From: Nitrospirota bacterium
Lineage (GTDB): Bacteria; Nitrospirota; Nitrospiria; 2-01-FULL-66-17
Length of the DNA stretch: 64,000 nucleotides
Direction: 5' to 3'
Assembly: GCA_049325335.1 (NCBI GenBank)
Contig: JBMOMC010000007.1
Location: 323,044-387,043, forward strand
In this document: positions 60,990 through 64,000 of the stretch, in pieces
Numbering within the stretch: position 1 is the first letter of the stretch
Layout of the letters: every line of letters starts with the position of its first letter
Notes under the pieces: model-generated
What the model saw: only the letters and a program-made list of their open reading frames with translations
Database searches by the model: none
Told to the model about the DNA's origin: nothing
Translations under genes and position numbers: made by a program

Positions 60990-61949
60990 TTAGAGCGGCT
61001 GGATCGGTACTGTAGTGGAATCAGTCGGCGAAGTCAACGCGGGCGGACTCTGCGGCTCGGCGGATGACTCCACGCGCGGCGCGGCCGCGACGGGTTTTGG
61101 CGCCGGCGCCGGCGCGGTCACCGCGCCTCGGGGCAACACCAGGGTCCGAACTCTGCCGCTCGCGCCCAGGGAAGGCCAGGCCTCGCCGTTGACCTCGATC
61201 GACACGCCGCCCGCGTTGCCGACCGTAAGCCGGAAATGTTTCTGCGCGGTCCATTCCACGCGTTGCCCCGGCTGCATCAAGGCTTCGTGGGTCTCGGTCT
61301 CGTCAACGATCGCCTGTACCCACGCCGGTTCACTCGCGGTGATGACCAACCGCTGCACGGGCGCGGCGACGGCCGGCTGCGGGTTCGCAGCGGGGGCGGG
61401 GGACGGCGGGGCCGAAATCGCGACGCCGGCGCCTTCGGCCGATGGAGACAGCGGCGGCGCCGCGTCCGGTTGACTCGTCGCGGGTTCCTCGGCGGGCGGC
61501 GCATCCGCCGCCGGAGGCGGCAACGTGAGCGGGGCTGAGATGGCGGTGGGGTGCTCGGGCGCCGCGCGCGGGCCCCACAACGTCACGGCCGAGACCACCA
61601 CCATCACCCCGGCGGCCACCAACCCGACGGCCGTCAACCGGTGTTGCAACACACGGGAGCGATCGGGCTCCACCACGCGTTTGACCGGGTCGGCCTCATG
61701 CGCGATCTGGAAATATTCGGCCGCGTACTGTTGGTACCGCGCCATCACGTCGCGCTCGTCCAGACCCAGACACCGCGCGTAGGAGCGCAGAAACCCCTTG
61801 ACGGTCACTTCCGCGGGCAATGAAGCGTAGTTGTCCCGCTCCAACGCCTCCAAGGTCTCCATGCGAATGCGCGTCCGCGTGGCCACCTCTTCCAGCGACA
61901 CCCCGTGCGCGCCGCGTTGGGCGCGCAAATATTGTCCAAGACTTTCCAT
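60990..61949 (-). CDS. rodZ: RodZ-like HTH-TM-DUF4115 protein
   Basis: N-terminal HTH (KGFLRSYA), TM helix, VGNAGG C-terminal domain. Confidence 0.85.
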   Translation of the reverse strand: MESLGQYLRAQRGAHGVSLEEVATRTRIRMETLEALERDNYASLPAEVTVKGFLRSYARCLGLDERDVMARYQQYAAEYFQIAHEADPVKRVVEPDRSRVLQHRLTAVGLVAAGVMVVVSAVTLWGPRAAPEHPTAISAPLTLPPPAADAPPAEEPATSQPDAAPPLSPSAEGAGVAISAPPSPAPAANPQPAVAAPVQRLVITASEPAWVQAIVDETETHEALMQPGQRVEWTAQKHFRLTVGNAGGVSIEVNGEAWPSLGASGRVRTLVLPRGAVTAPAPAPKPVAAAPRVESSAEPQSPPALTSPTDSTTVPIQPL

Positions 61950-61963
61950 GACCCCGTGACTCC

Positions 61964-62755
61964 CTACCGCGTCCCTTCCTGCGGACTCCCGATCTGCGCG
62001 TTCGCATCCTCCGCCCAGCGGCTGCCGGGCGCCAACGTCACCACTTTTCGGTACGCCTCACGTGCCTGCTCGGTTTTCCCGGCGCGGGTATACACCTTGG
62101 CCAAGCGATAATGCGCTTCGGCGAAATTCGGGGCCTGCTTCACCACGGTTTCATACGCCGCCATCGCCCGCGGGATGTCGTTCTGCTCCTCGTAAATCCG
62201 CCCCGCCTCGAACGCGGCCAACACGTGGGTCGGATTGATGCGCAGCGCGGCGGTGAACGCGCGCAACGCGGCATCGGGTTGCGCGCGTTTGACGTACAGT
62301 TTGCCCTTGTTGTAGTGGGCCAATTCAGGAGTGGCGTACTGCGGGAAGCTTAGCGCGCGGTCGTAGGACTCCAGGGCCAGATCGCTCTGGCCCTGCTCCT
62401 CGTACACTTTCCCCAGGTAGTTCCACGCGGCCGCGTCGTCGGATTTGAGTTTAATCGCGCGTCGAAACTCGCGTGCCGCCTCGTCGAAGTTCTCTTTGAG
62501 AAAATACACGTGGCCCAACGCGTAGTGCGTGTCCCGATCTTTGGGATTGAGCTCCGCGGCTTTTTGAAACTCCACGAACGCGGGCTGCAATTGTTGGTCG
62601 ATCAAGTGCGCGTACCCCATCTTGTAGTGCGCGTCGGCCCTCCGTAGATCGGCCTGGTTCGCGCAAGCAGAAAGGAGTATAGCAGACAAACCCAGTACGC
62701 GGCCGAAGCCCCATCCAGGGCCCCGTCGCCCTTCCAAGGCGCGTCCATGCACCAC
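61964..62755 (-). CDS. TPR lipoprotein (PilW/PilF pilotin-like)
   Basis: LSAC lipobox, TPR repeats, YATPELAHYN; upstream of rodZ. Confidence 0.8.
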   Translation of the reverse strand: MVHGRALEGRRGPGWGFGRVLGLSAILLSACANQADLRRADAHYKMGYAHLIDQQLQPAFVEFQKAAELNPKDRDTHYALGHVYFLKENFDEAAREFRRAIKLKSDDAAAWNYLGKVYEEQGQSDLALESYDRALSFPQYATPELAHYNKGKLYVKRAQPDAALRAFTAALRINPTHVLAAFEAGRIYEEQNDIPRAMAAYETVVKQAPNFAEAHYRLAKVYTRAGKTEQAREAYRKVVTLAPGSRWAEDANAQIGSPQEGTR

Positions 62756-62767
62756 GGATTCTCCTCC

Positions 62768-63682
62768 TTAGGCGTCGATGTCTTCGAAAAACGTGAGGTG
62801 CTTGAACTCGCGATAACGATGTTGGATCTCCAACCTGGTCAAGGTGCGGAAGCGGTCCAGGCTGAACGCTTCCACGCAGTAGGACGCCAACACGCTCCCG
62901 AAAATGACCGCCTTGCACAAATTGGCGTGATCCAACGACGGGTGCTTGGCCAAGTGCCCCAGAAACCCGCCCGCGAAACTGTCGCCCGCGCCGGTGGGAT
63001 CGAAGACATTCTCCAACGGAAACGCGGGGGCCGCGAACACCTTCCCGCCGGAAAACAACACGGCGCCGTGTTCCCCGCGCTTGATGATCACGGTACGGGG
63101 CCCCATACCCATGATCGCCCGGCTGGCCTTGACGAGGTTCACTTCCCCGGCCAACTGGCGGGCCTCGCCGTCGTTGATGATCAAGACATCCACCTCGCGC
63201 AGCGTGCGCACCAATTCGCCCTTTTTCCCCGCGATCCAAAAGTTCATGGTGTCGCAGGCCACGATTTTCGGACGGGTGACTTGCCCCAGCACGTCGCGCT
63301 GCAACACGGGGTCGATGTTGGCCAGGAACACGAGCCCGGGCGTCCGGTACGCGTCCGGCACGCGCGGCGCGAACCGCTCGAACACGTTGAGCTGGGTTTC
63401 CAGGGTATGGGCCTCGTTCAGTTGGTAGCTGTATTCGCCGCGCCAGCGGAACGTCTTGCCCTTTCCGGTTTCGATCCCGGCGATGTCGATCCCGCGAGCG
63501 CGCAAGAACTCCAAATGCGACGCGGGAAAATCCTCGCCCACGGTCGCCACCACGTTCACCGGCGTGAAATACGACGCCGCGGTCGAAAAATACGTGGCCG
63601 ACCCCCCGAGCACTTCCGTCGCCTCCCCGAACGGGGTTTTCACCGAATCCAGCGCGACCGACCCCACCACCAGCAAACTCAT
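62768..63682 (-). CDS. PfkB family sugar/nucleoside kinase
   Basis: VVGSVALD, LGGSATY, DPTGAGDSFAGG. Confidence 0.93.
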   Translation of the reverse strand: MSLLVVGSVALDSVKTPFGEATEVLGGSATYFSTAASYFTPVNVVATVGEDFPASHLEFLRARGIDIAGIETGKGKTFRWRGEYSYQLNEAHTLETQLNVFERFAPRVPDAYRTPGLVFLANIDPVLQRDVLGQVTRPKIVACDTMNFWIAGKKGELVRTLREVDVLIINDGEARQLAGEVNLVKASRAIMGMGPRTVIIKRGEHGAVLFSGGKVFAAPAFPLENVFDPTGAGDSFAGGFLGHLAKHPSLDHANLCKAVIFGSVLASYCVEAFSLDRFRTLTRLEIQHRYREFKHLTFFEDIDA

Positions 63683-64000
63683 GCGCCACACTCCTTTTCC
63701 ACGGCCCTCGTCGCATCCCCCGGACGCGGCAACAGGCTCACCAAGTTCGTCGCGGCCATCGACAGGACGTCCTGCAGCCGCACGTCTTCCGTCACGGACT
63801 CCTCCACGGCTTCGGTGCCGCCTTCGCCGCTCCATACGATGTTGCCGCACCGGCTGTCCCATACTTCACCCACCAGGCGGATGCGTTGGACGCGTTCCGC
63901 GGTCCGCTTCGGGGCGCCCAGCCCCGGAGTGACGACCACGGTGGCCGGCCCCGCCTGGTCTCGCATGGTGCGTTCGTATCGGGCGATGCGGGCCACCAGA
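63679..64000 (-). CDS. Hypothetical protein, 5'-truncated by the window end
   Basis: Open frame whose stop overlaps the pfkB start by 4 bp; EVWD..G.IVWSG pattern. Confidence 0.55.
   Translation of the reverse strand, partial: LVARIARYERTMRDQAGPATVVVTPGLGAPKRTAERVQRIRLVGEVWDSRCGNIVWSGEGGTEAVEESVTEDVRLQDVLSMAATNLVSLLPRPGDATRAVEKECGA

Overview
High-GC bacterial chromosomal window, mostly core genome, most consistent with a Nitrospirota-type chemolithoautotroph. That lineage call is an inference from the five-subunit 2-oxoacid:ferredoxin oxidoreductase, smbP, prsKR and gene order. It contains bioA; the rimP-nusA-infB-DUF503-rbfA-DHH-truB-rpsO-pnp cluster; a Phd/PIN toxin-antitoxin pair; assorted metabolic genes (add, HDAC family, serB, fabI, desaturase, gdhA); a D-A-B-G-E 2-oxoacid:ferredoxin oxidoreductase operon; the pheA-hisC-aroF-tyrA-aroA-cmk-plsC-rpsA-sppA-ihfB superoperon; an ABC-2 transporter; prsKR; gcvH-lpdA-tyrS; and pfkB-pilW-like-rodZ-tRNA-Thr(CGT). 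The most unusual signals are non-coding: (1) a ~2.9 kb relic island at tRNA-Thr (higBA plus an rve transposase) whose displaced 45-bp tRNA copy is split in the T-loop by a 60-bp hairpin; (2) four copies of a modular MITE-like element at gene 3' ends that carry exchangeable nested modules, including a perfect 28-bp GTAG palindrome and a 43-bp module with a fixed-length variable 16-nt core; (3) repeated leaderless promoter architecture and a probable ATT start for tyrA. No CRISPR array or rRNA was seen. All calls are by eye, without database searches.
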